Below, in pieces: positions 35,926 to 50,151 of a stretch of 64,000 nucleotides of DNA. How positions within the stretch are numbered: the first letter of the stretch is position 1; every line of letters begins with the position of its first letter. The notes beneath the pieces are model-generated. The model was not told the origin of the DNA and did no database searches. It saw only the letters and a list, made by a program, of their open reading frames with translations. A program made the position numbers and the translations under genes. This stretch comes from Oopsacas minuta (taxonomy: Eukaryota; Animalia; Porifera), in assembly GCA_024704765.1 (NCBI GenBank), contig JAKMXF010000077.1, positions 325,220 to 389,219 on the forward strand, given 5' to 3'.

Positions 35926-36733
35926 TTTAGCAGATTCTTGGAGGTTATGCAGCATTTTCTAAATGAAACAATTTTTAGAAACAGAAGTTTGTGTCCTGAA
36001 TGTACTTGAGTACTAAGTTAAGACAAATATCTTAGAACACTTTGAATCTAGTTTAGTATTAATTCAGCTATAAGATCGAAGAGGACAAAAGTGGCAATCA
36101 AATCAAGTTCTCAATGCTATAATTATATGTTGGAAATTATTCGTTGGGATGGAAAATTCACAAGCTCTCCACTAAACTGTTTATCAGGTCTGATGATAAA
36201 TCGGTTTTAGTTCAGCTGGCCATTTTAAGAATTGAGGATGAAGAATCTGACGACTGGGTTTTGAGTGTATTGATTGCTGTATAGAAGGAAAGATATGTTC
36301 CGTTGTATTTTAATGAGTGCAAGTAAGTATTTGCTCAAGACAAGGCCAATAATATTTTAGTAATATCAGTATTGCGGGGTAGAAGATGTACAATTAAACG
36401 ATATTAAATATAGCAAATTGATACTGAAATAAATATATTTTATCAAAACCATGACTTTATCTTAGTTAATTAACATAATTTCGAGGACCAAAGAAAATGT
36501 GGCTGTATTTTGTGCCTAGTAATATCCTGTGGTCAGGAATAAAAATGTAAATTTAGTGTATTGTTTGGACGTAATTTAGTAAAATCATGGATACACTTAG
36601 GATTATGAATGTGGAATACAGTAGTTATGAAAAATATGCGATATTTAAGGTTTTTGATCTTACCGAAATTTCCATGTAGGGTTGGGAGAAATTCTATATT
36701 GTACATTCTATACTACTTTTAAGAGGCATACTA

Positions 36734-38150
36734 CAGTATTTCCCATTCTTTATCCGACTCAGGAATTCAATTATTCGATTGAGTCAATCAATTATCCATT
36801 CGGTCTTCTATTATCCAAATCAGGCATTCAATAATCCGATCATTTATTGGAGTGAAGGAAAGCTTCATTCTGGGTTTCAAAAGGGTAGTGAGATTATGTT
36901 GAAATTAAATTGTTCCTCTTGTTACGAACGTAATACTTCAGTAGAAATCAGTTAATGACCATATTGAGTTTATCATATTTGGAGTATAATTGACAATTGG
37001 AGTCGAAAGAGGGCTTTCGCGATGTGGTCAGGTCAAATTTTGAGAATTGACCATAATGCTGAGTGTTGCTTGGGAAAAAATAAGTTTTAAAGACAATGTT
37101 AGAAAAGTGAGACTAGTGCCATTCGAAAGGGCATAGGTGCTTTCATATAAATTTGATAAGGATCCCAGTTGGAAGAGTGTTATTTTTTCCAGTCGAGTGG
37201 ACACAGTGGTTATTTAAAATTGTTTGGTCCACACTCATTTCACTCAATACATAATTAATTACCATAATAGGCATGTTAGGAAATTTATCAGACTCTAAAT
37301 GCAAATTGGAATCAGAAGAGGGGTCAGGGGATGAGGTTAGGCACATTTTGTGGTATGGATAATATTTTCACAATATTGATATGCGACCAGTAAAACGAAA
37401 GCATATTCTACATTGATCACGAAATTAAACATGAAAATTTCATTAGAATTATTGATAAATATAATATTAATCTAGCGCGTTTTAACAATTTTGGATCTAA
37501 AATACGTAATACTCAATAAAATTTGGTACTAAATTTATAATACAATTTTCTTTCTCATTTCGTAATCAGTTTAGATTTCGTTTGCTAGAGTAGTCACATT
37601 CTAAACTAACGAAATACTTCCATAGCAACGGTCAGCATTATGGCAACACTCCATTCTCAAAGTGTGATCTAGCTACATTGCATAGGCCTCCAATTGGCAT
37701 TAAGAGACGATAAATAACATGAATGAATATGGTCATTAACCGATTACTGCTGAAGTATTACGTTCTTAACAAAAAGGAACACTAAATATTCACAGTTTGT
37801 TTTAACCAATTCCTGGAGCCAAATCGAGAATTTAACAAAATTTGGACGTCATAAATGACACATTTTACCTGCGGTATTCGATGTATGTAAAAATCAGAAA
37901 GGAAATCACTGTGATCTCTTTCCAAAGAAATGTACAATAAAATTGGCTAAAGATCGATTATTGATATAAATTGGCTGATTTTTTACTATTTTTGTTGAAG
38001 GTGGCTAGAAATTTGATAGAATTTATCACCATTGAGTAATTTTCCAGAAAATATTGTTGAGAATTGACACTGAAACTGTGGCATTGATGTAATGAATTTT
38101 CAAAAACTGCCAACTATACTGGCCTTCTACCAGTATTATTCTGGATTTAT
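36734..38150 (+). mobile_element. Decayed pogo/Tigger (CENP-B/JRK-like) element
   Basis: TA|cagtatttcccattctttatccgac terminus with repeated attatcc/attcga motifs. Downstream fragments KRKHI, GWLE and IDTETV resemble the CENP-B HTH region. Confidence 0.4.
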
Positions 38151-39204
38151 AAAATCGGATTATTAACCATTGCTTAATCAATATACAATATAGAATTTGA
38201 AATTTGAATGATACTGACCAAAAAGCGATCTGATAATGACATTATTACGTCATTATGTCGGTACAAAATATCAATATTTTCGAAATTTCAAAGATATCAG
38301 GATTTCTAAATACCTAGGTAGGAAGTGCAGAGATAACCAACCAAAAGCGACTTAGCATCTCCACTGTCACCACAGAAGTCTATTGATGGAATTTGGATGG
38401 ACCAAGGATAATAAATACTAATTTCTGTGCAATTCTATAATCGAAGGCCCTTAAATCTGAGCTTTTCCGCCACAAAGCGACCCAAACACTTAGAAATTTG
38501 CCTGTTAAATATTTAATATACGCTGATGCACTAATCCATCGCCTTGCAATCCAAGCGCACTAGGTATTATTATTTTGGAAAGCAATTTCAATCAATCTGA
38601 AAGGGCGAAGTTCTTTTCGTTAGAAAAGAGGACGGCTTAGCCAGAGCTTCTATGTTTACTATTATAACTTCGCAGAATGCAGCCTGAAAGGCCCAAATGC
38701 CGTTTTTTGAATATTACTTTGGGTTGACATAGTAATATTCAAATTTTCACTACGATAACTATACTGCTGAAGTGTATGTTCGTAATAAAAAGGTACTTTA
38801 ACATTTATCACTTCGGTTTTGCCAATTCCCGCAAAGCCAACGAGATTTTTGCGGATTTATAACTTCATGAAATGACCACATCCCGACTGTATTATATATA
38901 ATATGTTTTTGTTGAATAGAGTATAGTCCGAGTTACTAGAAATTTCTCTATACCCCAAGGGAGAAGAATTTGGCTCATGCCATCATGGAGACTTCCAAAC
39001 CATCTTTCAACCTCAATTCCACGATAAATCACCTTTACCGTCTTGAAGCAAGTCTGATAGCAGTAAACTGCTATCAGAATTGTTACATCTTTGAGAAAAA
39101 AACATTTCTGTATATCTGATTTATACGGGTCTGAATTCGCAACAATGAATTTACGAATTGTTTCGAGCAAATCTTTGAACAGTACATACGTATTTGTAAC
39201 ACAT

Positions 39205-39672
39205 GTAGCAGAAGTGGCACATATCAATTAAAGATGTTAGTATCACTTCGTATGTGAATAAATAATGTGACAGAATAGACTTTGCCGCCGAATATACAAT
39301 TATTTCAAGTCAGTTTCATAATCTATTCCATTCTGCTTCCTATATTCTACTGATGTCCCCCTACTGCCACATGTTGCCGAAGTAAAAAATGCAAATACTA
39401 AACAACATTTGATCTAACCAATCCGAAATATTAATTACTGGGGTAATACTCAAACATAGCATCCAAAATACTATTCAGAATTGGGTTATCTCATTTGAAT
39501 TCTATGAAATATGTAAATGAATATGTAATCAGTTCATTATCTATCTAATGACCTTAGTGTGGCTAGAAAATGTCTAATTAGGAAATATACATCGATTCAT
39601 TCAGTACAATGTTAACTAACATAGTCAAATAGTTCTTTCAGGTATATTACCTAATATATATTCAAATATTCC
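39205..39672. repeat. Second, partial copy of the 3545-4304 foldback family
   Basis: Shares, in the same order, aagtggcacatatcaa, aagtcagttt, tattccattctg, atatgtaatYagttcattatctat and atagttctttcaggtatatta with 3850-4290. Confidence 0.75.
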
Positions 39673-40299
39673 CCGTATTTCCAGGATTCACGATTGCTAT
39701 TTAGTGATGTGCAAGTACTTTGGTTCGGTTAGTAAATTTAATATAATTATAACTTACAACAAGCGTAGATTATAAGAAATCAGTAACGGAAAAATAGACC
39801 AAATAACTCTGAGGTTGGTACACTTGTGTGGAAATTTACTGTTGATCACTTAAATAACATGTTTTTTTGCAGAAATTCGTAAAATATTTTAAACCGTGAT
39901 ATTGACATATTAAAGAAATCATATAGATCCTAAGTGATATCGTATCGAAGTGATTCTCAGAGTATGGGGACGGCAAGAGTGATTTGTTAATAATTTTAAC
40001 TATTGTAGAACTATAACTGGATAGTCATAAAATGTGTCATCCCTAATCCCTGTTCGAACTCATCTACGAGCCCATTTTGTCTTACAATTTTTTTATATCA
40101 TATAAATTGATATAATGATTACTTCATTTATTGAATTTGAAATGAAAGGTGCAACTTTCAAACTTATACAAGGTCACAAAGAATGACATATTAGAAGGGG
40201 CGAGATTTGACAGTTTCCTCGTGGGAGTACTTAGGGCGCCCAACAGGTTCTCATTAATGGGGCTTACTTACTCCTTTATCGACTTCATTTGTACTTGTA

Positions 40300-41606
40300 C
40301 GAGGGTCAGTCCAAAAGCTTTGTAGTACAAAGGTTCTATTTTGTCTTCAATCAAATAAATACAATACTATATACTTAGATATATACGTATAATGACTCTA
40401 CTATTAATTTGAGCTATATTCAACACTTATTTCCTGAGTAACGCTATTTTATCCATAAGCCTATATACAGATTTTATTATTACTGAATGGAACTGGAAAG
40501 AAGGGATTTTAGAGCCACGATGTTTTATGACTTTATGCGTAAGATATCAGTGGAGCAGAGTCATGATAACTTGGTGGAAGCTTTTCAAGATTAAGCTCCA
40601 TCTAAGCGTACAGTGGAGCGTTGGTATCTAGATTTCAGGAGGGTGAGAACGTCATTACAAGATGAGCCTAGGTCTGGGCGACCTTCAACCGCCGTCACTC
40701 CAGAGACTATTACTGCAGCCGTGACATTAATCAGAGAGGATAGCCGCATTAACTATGAGCAGTTTGCTGTGACCCTAAAGATCGAAAAGCCGCCATCAAT
40801 ACTATTCTACAAGATTATCTTGGTGTCAGAAGGCTTGCGGCCCGATGGATCCCTCATAATCTCTCTGAAATGCAATTAGAGGCAAGGGTAGAATGGTGCA
40901 AGTTTATGCTCAAGAAATTTAAAGGAGGAGAGTCTAAACGAGTTTACGACATACTAACATGTGATGAGACATGAATCTATCAGTACGATCCGGAAACAAA
41001 GCGGCAATCTTCAATCTGGGTGCTTCCTGGCGAAGATCCCCTGTTAAAGTTCGCCGGGCTCGCAGCGTTGGGAAGAAGATGGTGGCTCCTTTTTTCTGTA
41101 AGACTGGCCCAGTAGCAATAATTCCTCTCGAGGATCGTCGTGCCGTCAATGCTGATTGGTACATTAACAATTGCCTGCCCAAGGCTTGCGAAGCTTGGAG
41201 TATCGTCGCCCTAAGACTGGTATCAGAAGACTTCTTCTTCACCACGATAATGCATCTGCACACACAGCAGCCAAAGCATTGGACTCCCTGGCTGAAAATT
41301 CGATCCAGTAGGTATCGCATCCACCTTACAGTCCAGATTTAGCTCCATGCGACTTTTTCTTGTTCCCAACAATCAAGGACAAGATCCATGGAATAAGGTT
41401 TGAGAGTCCTGAAGAGGCTCGTCTGGCATTTGAAGAGGCCCTTGGAGCCTGCCAGAGGAAAAATCGCATAGTTGTTTCGACAGTTGGTTTCATGGTATGC
41501 AACTTTGCAAAGATTGTTGTGGTCGTTACTTTGAGAAACTGTGAAAGTTTGAGTAAATTTGTCATTATATTTTTTGTGTACGACAAAACTTTTGGACTGA
41601 CCCTTG
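40300..41606 (+). mobile_element. Full-length mariner (DD34D) element, transposase pseudogene
   Basis: TA|cgagggtcagtccaaaag ... cttttggactgacccttg|TA. MELERRDFRA...DEPRSGRP, LTCDET and HHDNASAH...HPPYSPDLAPCDFFLF, with stops and frameshifts. Confidence 0.93.
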
Positions 41607-41809
41607 TATTGACAATATTCCTATTGCTTAGTTAAATAATTAACATAATATACTCTAAAGAAAAGTAAAAGTCAATCAACTTTACTCTTAAAAGTCCTCG
41701 AATCCACTTAACTCGGTAGACTGTTCTCTAGCTATAGTCGATACTACTTTTTACAGTTCTAGCGATTGTGAGCCTATAGAACCCGAAAGAGCATCTGAGT
41801 TCCAAAAAT

Positions 41810-43450
41810 CTTGAAACACTTGATGATAGGCCGTCACGACCTATATTGGTTAAATACTTAAAGAATGCAACGGGCCGAATTTCGGTCTGAAAGATACGAG
41901 CAATATGAATGACTTGAATATAGTATGGTTCAAAATAAGGCGTTGTGTTTTGCTTGCCGTCACTTTCTACTTCAACGTCAAAATCTGAACTCTCTTTCAG
42001 AAAGAAAGGATTTTCCAATTTGAAAAGGACTATGACAAATTATAGTGGATTTTTCAACACGAGAAATGAATGGACCATAAGATAGCTATTCAGTGATCGG
42101 TTGATCATAAATAAATACATTCAGGAATTGGTATACATATTCACCTGATATTACATCCATCTCGAAAAATAATAATTCAAAATAATTAAGAATTCTTTTG
42201 AAATGCATCGATTCTTTTCTAGGCAAGACATAACATTTCAGGGACATGACAAAACGATTGAATCTAACTATCAATGTAATTGTTTTGAATTATTACAAAA
42301 TTAGAATTGAAAATTAATCCCAAATATTACAAAGCTGCATACCGAAATCACACAACAGTATCAAACAATTGAGTATTTCTCGAAAACATCATAAAATTAT
42401 TTTATTTAGGAGTCTAATTTATATGCAGTTCTAATTCATGAATCCAAAGATAATGCTGGTAAAGAAGAATTGAGTATTTGCTTAGAAATCAAATCGAATC
42501 AAATCGAACCAGTTGAAAGATGAGTTAGTTTAATGATGTTAAGAGATCTAGATACGGAAGCTATTACGAATGTGGTTGCCAAACTAAAATAAACTATCCA
42601 TGTACACTCTACAACATTGCGTATATCATAGATTAAATCTTAGAGTTGTAGGGCTGTTTAAATCGTGTAAGGTTTTGATTGTCTATTTAGCGTGATTAGA
42701 AAGCTTCACGAAATATTTTCAGTTTCTAAATACAAAATAGTTATTGAATGTAAACAGAGAGAACTTTCTACATATTCGTCTGATAGGGTTATGGAGATAG
42801 AGGTAATTAAAGAAGTTAGATGGAATTTTTAGTTTTTTCCATAGTAAAAACGGATCAAAGAAATAATCATTTCTCTTCAAGGTAATTGCTTCGGATAATA
42901 ATACTTATTCTGAAAGTGCAGTAGGGTTATATCGCAAGCGTATGTCAGGCAAATTCATCTTAAAGATGAAAATTCATTGACAATGTTCTTCTAATATTTC
43001 ATGATCTGATAAATATTTGCAATCACCTCAAAGTTGTTCGTCCTTCATTTTGAGCGAAATTAAGATCATCAAGCGGCAGCTGAGTAATCTCAATTGTTGA
43101 AATAAAATAAACGATGCTAAGAAATCTTGTGAAGTGGGATCATTTTGGGGTGTGAGGAACCGCTCTTTGTAATATCAAGACCCACAGCTATAAGTCAAAC
43201 TCTGATGACAACATTGAAGAATAAACTGATAAAATATTGCGCAAAGTTATTGAAAGTTTAATCATGATTCAAATGTAAATTCTCTGATAAAAACATAAAT
43301 ATTCTTCGAAGTGAGGACTCAATGAATCCACTTAAACAAGCAATATCCGACTGAGATGTATTATCACCTTCAGTAGAATATAAGTATCCAATCATTTCAT
43401 TCAATTCGGATCTGGCTAGAAACGAGCGCCAAAAGATTAGATTTATGTCC
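41810..43450 (+). pseudogene. hAT transposase relic with TTF-type zinc finger (ZMYM1/ZNF862-like)
   Basis: EFRSERYEQYE*LEYSMVQNKALCFACRHF (ZnF-TTF), YAVLIHESKDNAGKEELSICL and RFSDKN. Confidence 0.78.
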
Positions 43451-44429
43451 AACAATGGAATTCAATTCGAAATAAATATGTATCAAAATTGTAAAAAAGT
43501 ATTTATTTGATTAATACCATACCAATCCCTACAGCATTAGCACAGCGATAATTCTCTACAATGAATAGGGTTTTTAGCTGGCCAGGAAACACTATTGACA
43601 AGGAAAGGACAGCGATCTAATCCATTTATCCATAGAAAAAGAACTTGTAGTTAATTTAGATATAGAAGAAGTAATAGATTTTTGGCTAGAAAGAAGAAAA
43701 GGATTTTGAAATGTAGATGTAGTATATCAGCTTTTGTGGGCAAGTATGTTTATAATCATAAAATTGTTAGAATTGAACTGAGTAAATTAAATATAATATT
43801 TACAATAAGGTCAAAATTATTGTATTTAACTGCACTTTGCCGCCGCCCCCCACCACTGGACATCCTCCACTGTTCGTAGCAGGGACGTCGCTACGGGGGG
43901 CATAGGAGACAATTCCCCTATTGGTGAACTCGTGCATCGGGACATGCCCCTGCTGGTAAATTCGTTCCCTGGGCATGCCACTGGACCCATATGCTTAAAT
44001 TGCAAACTGGAAATTTTGGCTCTCTTTGCACGCATCTTACCCACAATATTATTAAATCCAACCCATAAATAAGGGATATAGCTTGTATTGATTCACAGAA
44101 CTAGGGAATATTTTTGAGTGATAATCACATCCTGAGCAAATGCAGTGCTTCCCCATGCCGTTTTGGCGTATTGGGGCCTGCATCCCTTCAGTTGGTAAAA
44201 TAATATATGCACCCATTTCGATACTAGGCAACTATACTAAGTATTGTCGGCACAGTAAAAGGTAGAATTGACGATACAAGTTATAATATCAAGAATTATC
44301 GTACGATTTTTCTTGCCGATGCCTCCATTGATATAATAATTATTGATAACTTCTCATTGTTTGTTTAAAGATCTCACTACTTATTCTTGAAATATAACTG
44401 AGAAATTGTTTCAAGATTCAAACCTACGT

Positions 44430-44900
44430 GGATTGCCACGTGCCGACAAAGGTAATTAATGTAGCAGCTATTATAGCTCATATCCAAGTACTACGCCATG
44501 CACGACTGGAAGACCTACAGCACCCTAGACCCCCAGCTGCAGTAGCGTCGTGCAGATGTGACTGGGGCCCCACAAATATTCTCCGAGCTACAGATCATTA
44601 CTCGGCCAGAAAAAAAAAAAACACTTTCTGGGGTAATTGCAGACCATACGTTATTTCTTCAATTGTTTGGCTCTTGGACCTTACTGATTGATTACAGTAC
44701 CCAAGGGCTTGAAATCTGGGGTGCACAAGTTCAATCTTATAGGAAACATCCAGAACTTGTTGACAACGAGATTCAATTTGTGCCCCCATATATCAAGCCA
44801 CTCGACGCAACTGCCCAGCTGGGTTGTACAAACCAACTAAAAATTTATTGATCCCCTACTGGGCATGCTCCTGCTAAAACCGTGAAACACCAAATCATAA
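44430..44900 (+). pseudogene. Possible Gypsy-like LTR retrotransposon integrase relic
   Basis: DWGPTNILRATDHYS (D..GP...D.YS motif of rve), HPE, and TGHAPA (TG.SPA motif) in order. GC-richer than the flanks. Confidence 0.45.
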
Positions 44901-46661
44901 CAAAGTAAAAAATTCGGGAAATTTAGTATTCCAAATTAAGCAGTATTTGCAACTTATTACTTCAAGATTGGTAAAAACGAATGGAAGGTCCGCATCCACG
45001 CGCTCTAACAGTATGACACAACTGTCTACTGCAATCTGAGTATATCGATAAGCAATCGCCAAACATATCTAATGGAATACGATAATTGAATTGGAAATAA
45101 TACTTCAACTTACGTCAACAAATGCAGCGTTCACATACCCTCTCGTTGATGTTAGGGATACAGAAGAATAATCCGCTAAACAAAAGTACATAGGATTAAT
45201 TTAGAATTGACAATGTTCAAATATTGGATATGCATATCTGAGGAGTAGAAGGATATTCGTGAAACAAAGTATCCATGCTAACCGCCCAGCTTTTTTGCAA
45301 AATTTAGAAATAGGTCAAGCGTACCGCTTTGGATATCGATGAGGAAAACAGAACTCAACTTTTCAAATAGTAATAGATATTTTTGAAATATGAACTATTT
45401 TCCGATCGAACAAAATTATTTGAATAAAGATGACGTACGTAGTTCATAATGTTGGTATGTTTCTCGATAATATATCTATTGTGCAGGTACTTTTCAAAGA
45501 CCTCTTGGGAAACGAACACATGTACAGAAAGATTGATGTGTATGCCCCGCGATGGTATAAATTACGGTTGACATGCAGTGGAATAGCCAGACTGGGGCCA
45601 TTTGGGCGTAGGCCTTGTGCTACTGGATCAGCTGGCTCGGAAACTTCGTAATACAGGACTTACAACTGACCCAGATTCACCAATACCATGGATGGTAAAT
45701 AGATGGTTATATTTATGCAACCACATCACCCAATTTTCGTAAATACAATTAAAAATAACCACATTATTTAAATACACTTTTGTATGTAAATAATGTAATA
45801 TATGTATTTGGTTAATGATTGGTTTATCGATGTTTTCATATTTGCTTTCATACTAATTTAGATTGCTCATGATAATATTCATCCTAACTCTACTTTACAT
45901 TCCTCAGTTCTTAGATATAGCTGAATTCACGATTTCAAATTGTTGTTCCTTGCCAAATTGTAAAAGTATAAATCATGGATAAAAAGAATACCTACATTGT
46001 CTTCACATGGCCAAAAGATGCCGAGCTGGTTCAAATGTGGTTGAAACAGATATGTCGTGAAAATATATCTGAATTACAAAAAATGTTTGTCTGTATTAAA
46101 CATTTCAGAGAAGAAGATCTACTTTTGACTGTCGATATGCCACAACCTGATGGTACAGAGAAAACTGTTTCCGAACGGCCAGCCTACCTACCTGGTCATT
46201 TCCCCCGTAAATTTGATTTCCTTACTAATTCAAAAATAAATGACACCATCCATTAGCTATTGGATCTTGATAAGAAAGAGAAATACTTCTTTCATCAGGT
46301 ATTTAGTATTTCTATCGTATAACTAATTCACATACACAAGGATGTTTTTTATCTAATATCTATCATCAAGGGGGTTACAGAAGGCAAGCGTGAATATGAA
46401 CTTGAACTTGAAAAATTCTCTGGTGCACATTTGAAGAATTTTAACCTAAAATTTCTAATTATAGATTGCCAGAGAAGGAATTCGTATGGCCTTCCTCTGA
46501 TACAACTTTGAGCATTGATAAACCTCGACTTTTTGGATCACTTCTTATCGTTGAGTCCTATATACTTATAGATTCAAGTCTCTGCGCAAAGGGTTAGTTG
46601 ATATACTTTAGATTATTATAAATCGGTTTGTATTTACGGAAATACTTAATACGTGAAATTA

Positions 46662-49600
46662 CAGGGTGGCTTTTAAGTTTTGTCCCATGATTTATAAGAC
46701 CCATTTTTCCATGCTGAGTCTCTGCTATTAGATATATCTTATTAGTTTACCTTATTATACTGTATTTAACATAAATATACGGTTTCAGAGTACAATTGTA
46801 GAGAAATTTCAATTTTATCAGTGATGGAACGTGAGAGGTCGGCAATAGTGGAATTATTTACAAAATGACATCCTTCAAGGGAAATTTTGAAGATCCTGAA
46901 ACTCCCTCTAAACAAAAGGAAATTTGTGCACCGCACTATTAGGCGATATAAGGATACTGGAAGAGTTGAAGATGGGGCGAGATCAGGCCGTTCGTGCTCA
47001 GTAACCACCCCCAGCTTAGGGAAAGTCATCACCCAGCGAATTCGCCGAAATCCTAGACGTTCCATAAGGAAAATGGCTTTAGATCTGAAAGTATCAAGAT
47101 GTGCAATGAATAGTATTGTGAAAAGGGATTTAGGGATGAGTTCATTCAAGCGTAAGAAGGTACACTTCCTTTCTCAATTTGCAAAGGAAAAAAGGTTGCA
47201 AGATGCAAACGTGCGTTGAGCCGGTACGCTGTGAAAATCTAGAAAAAACATTATTTTCAGATGAGAAAATATTCACTATCCAGGAGGCAACCAATGTGCA
47301 AAATGATCGTATACTTGCATCATCTCCTTCCAAAGTCGACGAGAAGTTCAGATATGTTAGCCGAATACAGAACCTTAAGTCGGTGATGGTTTGGGCAGGG
47401 GGTGTCAAAAATGGGCCGGACACCATTGGCTTTTGTACCACAAGGGTAAAAATCAATTCAATTAATTATCGAGAAATGGTTGTGGAACCAGTTTTGAAGA
47501 ATATAGGCCGAGACATGTTCGGAGGTACTTCATTTGTTTTCCAGCAAGACGGGGCGCCAGCACAAACTTCTAATGTTACCCAGTCATGGTTACGAGACAA
47601 TTTTCCTGGTTCTATAATCAAGGAAGGAAGCTTGTGTTAACCCTCAAACAAGTATCAAGCCACTGAAGGGGAAACTTTGCCAAGAGTGGAACAAAATTCC
47701 CCAAAAAACTCTCCGTGCTGCTATTGAGGCCTTGCCATATAGAATTACACGTGTAATACAAAACGAGGAAGGCAATATTGAATAAATTTCGCGACATATG
47801 TTTGCCTCTGAATCATAAATTAGAACAATAAATACACAGGCCTACAAAAAAATGTTATATTGCAGTTGTTTATAATTTAATCACTGATTTAGACTAATTT
47901 TGGTGCGCTGATTCTGAATATCTCATCAGTTTTTTCTTAGCACATCAGGTTTTTTCACAAGCATATAGCTACATTTCAGAAAAATTTCGATTGTTTTTGC
48001 CAAAAATTCATTATGATTACATATTACAACAATAACATTGTGTACATAATATATCTATATACAAATAGTCTTATTTACTTATGGGTTTTTAACTAGTCTG
48101 TTATTATTTTTTATTGATGTGTCGAAAAGAAAGTGTTTCAATTCTCCAGACATTTTTGTTATATTTGTGGTTTCTATACTCCGAAACCTCAGATGCAGAA
48201 TATTACTGAATTTGTGAATAGAGCTTACCATGCGTATTTCAAAGTTAAGCTGGGCGACCAGGACAAAAGTTGGGCACCTCATAAGGTCTGTAAATCATAT
48301 GTAGAATTGTTGAGGTCTTGGAGTTAGGGTAAGAGAAACACCTCACTTTTGAAATTCCTATGATTTGGAGAGAATCAAAAAATCATTTCGATGATTGTTA
48401 TTTCTGCATGGTAAATGCTGCAAAAAGAGTGACAGACACCTGCTGAATTACCCAAATTTAGAATCTGCTATTCGACCAGCCCCTTATTGTAGTGATCTAC
48501 CTGTACCAATATTCACAGAGTTTCTCGGACTCTATGATGATGAAGATGGTGCCAATTCGGAAGAAGTCAATGATCATGACTATAAATATGATGTTGATTT
48601 TCAAGGTCCTTCCTCGGAGCCTTCTCTCTTTAACCAAGTGGAATTGAATTATTTAATTCGTGACCTTGCCCTCTCGAAAGAATCTTCTGAGTTGCTTGCA
48701 ACTAGATTGAAAGAAAAGAATCTACTCCATCAAGGAACAAAAGGTAACATTATATCGTTACAGGGAACAAGAGTTTCAACAGTATTCCTGCGAAAAGAAT
48801 GGTTTGCTGTTTTGTCCAAATGTTGAGGGTCTTCTACTGGCAATGGGAGTTCCGAACTACAATCCAAGTGACTGGAGGCTGTTTATTGACAGCTCCAAAA
48901 GGAGTCTTAAATGTGTACTACTCCATAATGGAAATATATTCGGGTTCAATTCATACAGGATATTGGGGTAAACTCAAAGAGGAGTACAATAATGTGAAAG
49001 AGATATCAGAGATTTAACTACTCTGCACATGATTGGGTCATCTGTGTTGATCTCAAAATGGTCAACTTTCTATTAGGACAACAATGTGGGTTCACTAAGT
49101 ACCCTGTTTCCTCTGTTATTGGGACAGTAGAGATAGGAACCAACATTGGATAAGGAAAAAGTGGCCTCCGAGAGAATGTTTGAAAGTTGGGGACAAAAAT
49201 GTAATTAATAACCCTCTGGTACATACAAATAAAATAATTCTACCTCCTCTCCACATTAAGCTTGGTTTAATGAAGCAATTCATCAAAGCACTGGATAAAG
49301 ACAGATATTGTTTCAGGTATATCCGAAATTATTTTCCAGAAATTAGTGAAGAGAAGAAAAAGCCAGGATATTTGAAGGTACACAGATTCGCAAGTTGCTT
49401 AGGGACAACAGCTTCAAAGATTCAATGAACGAGGAAGAGAAGAGAGCGTGGCAGGCTTTCTCTAATGTCGTTTCTAATTTCCTTGGTAATAAAAACGCAT
49501 CCAACTACAAAGAACTAGTCACAGAGTTAATCGACAGCTACCATGCTCTTGGCTGTAATATGAGTATGAAAATTCATTATTTGAGAGACCATCTTGATAG

Positions 49601-50151
49601 ATTTCCGGATAATCTAGGTAATATGAGTGAAGAACAAGGTGAACAGTTCCATCAAGATATAAAAGCGATGGAACAGCGATATCAAGGAAGATGGGACACA
49701 TATATGATGGCAGATTACTGTTGGTGCCTAAAAAGAGATTGTTCTAACGAACAACATTCAAGAAAGTCAAACAAGAGAAAATTTTTAGATTGAATAGTCT
49801 TCATACTACATGTTTATAGTATCATTTACTTCCATTCATATTAGTAACAATTATATCATTATTCTTAATGAATGAAATATTGATATTTTCAGAAATTTCA
49901 TTGATCCAATCTAACATATAAGGGTTGAAACCAATTTTGTTCTATAAATGTAGTAATAGGATTGTGAGATAACTTGACGTATTAGGGAAAAACTGACTAA
50001 ATAATCGGAATCAGCAACACAGAATTAGTATATATCAGTTGACAAAATCAATACAACTAAAAAGTGTAGGCCTGTGATATCATTACCAAGCTATATATAT
50101 ATATTGATAAATAATAGTTTTTGCAAGGGACATAACTTAAAAGCCACCCTG
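46662..50151 (+). mobile_element. maT (DD37D) element inserted in the P element and itself interrupted by Chapaev3
   Basis: TA|cagggtggcttttaagttttgtccc ... gggacataacttaaaagccaccctg|TA. Transposase pseudogene at about 46822-47780 with RSGR, FSDEK, QNDR, VMVWAG and FQQDGAPA. Confidence 0.92.
47835..50076 (+). mobile_element. Chapaev3 DNA transposon, full length, frameshifted transposase
   Basis: Termini cacaggcctaca...tgtaggcctgtg with a 3-bp TSD ATA. Coding region about 48117-49793 has CYICG, DQDKSWAPHKVC, LFIDSSKRSLK, VDLKMV, LPPLHIKLGLMKQF, KIHYL..H and SEEQGEQFHQDI. Confidence 0.93.

Noticed and set aside
43840-43983. GC-rich mini hAT element (cagggacgtcgctac...gggcatgccactg)
   Set aside because: The ends only loosely match and the flanks gttcgtag and gacccata give no TSD.
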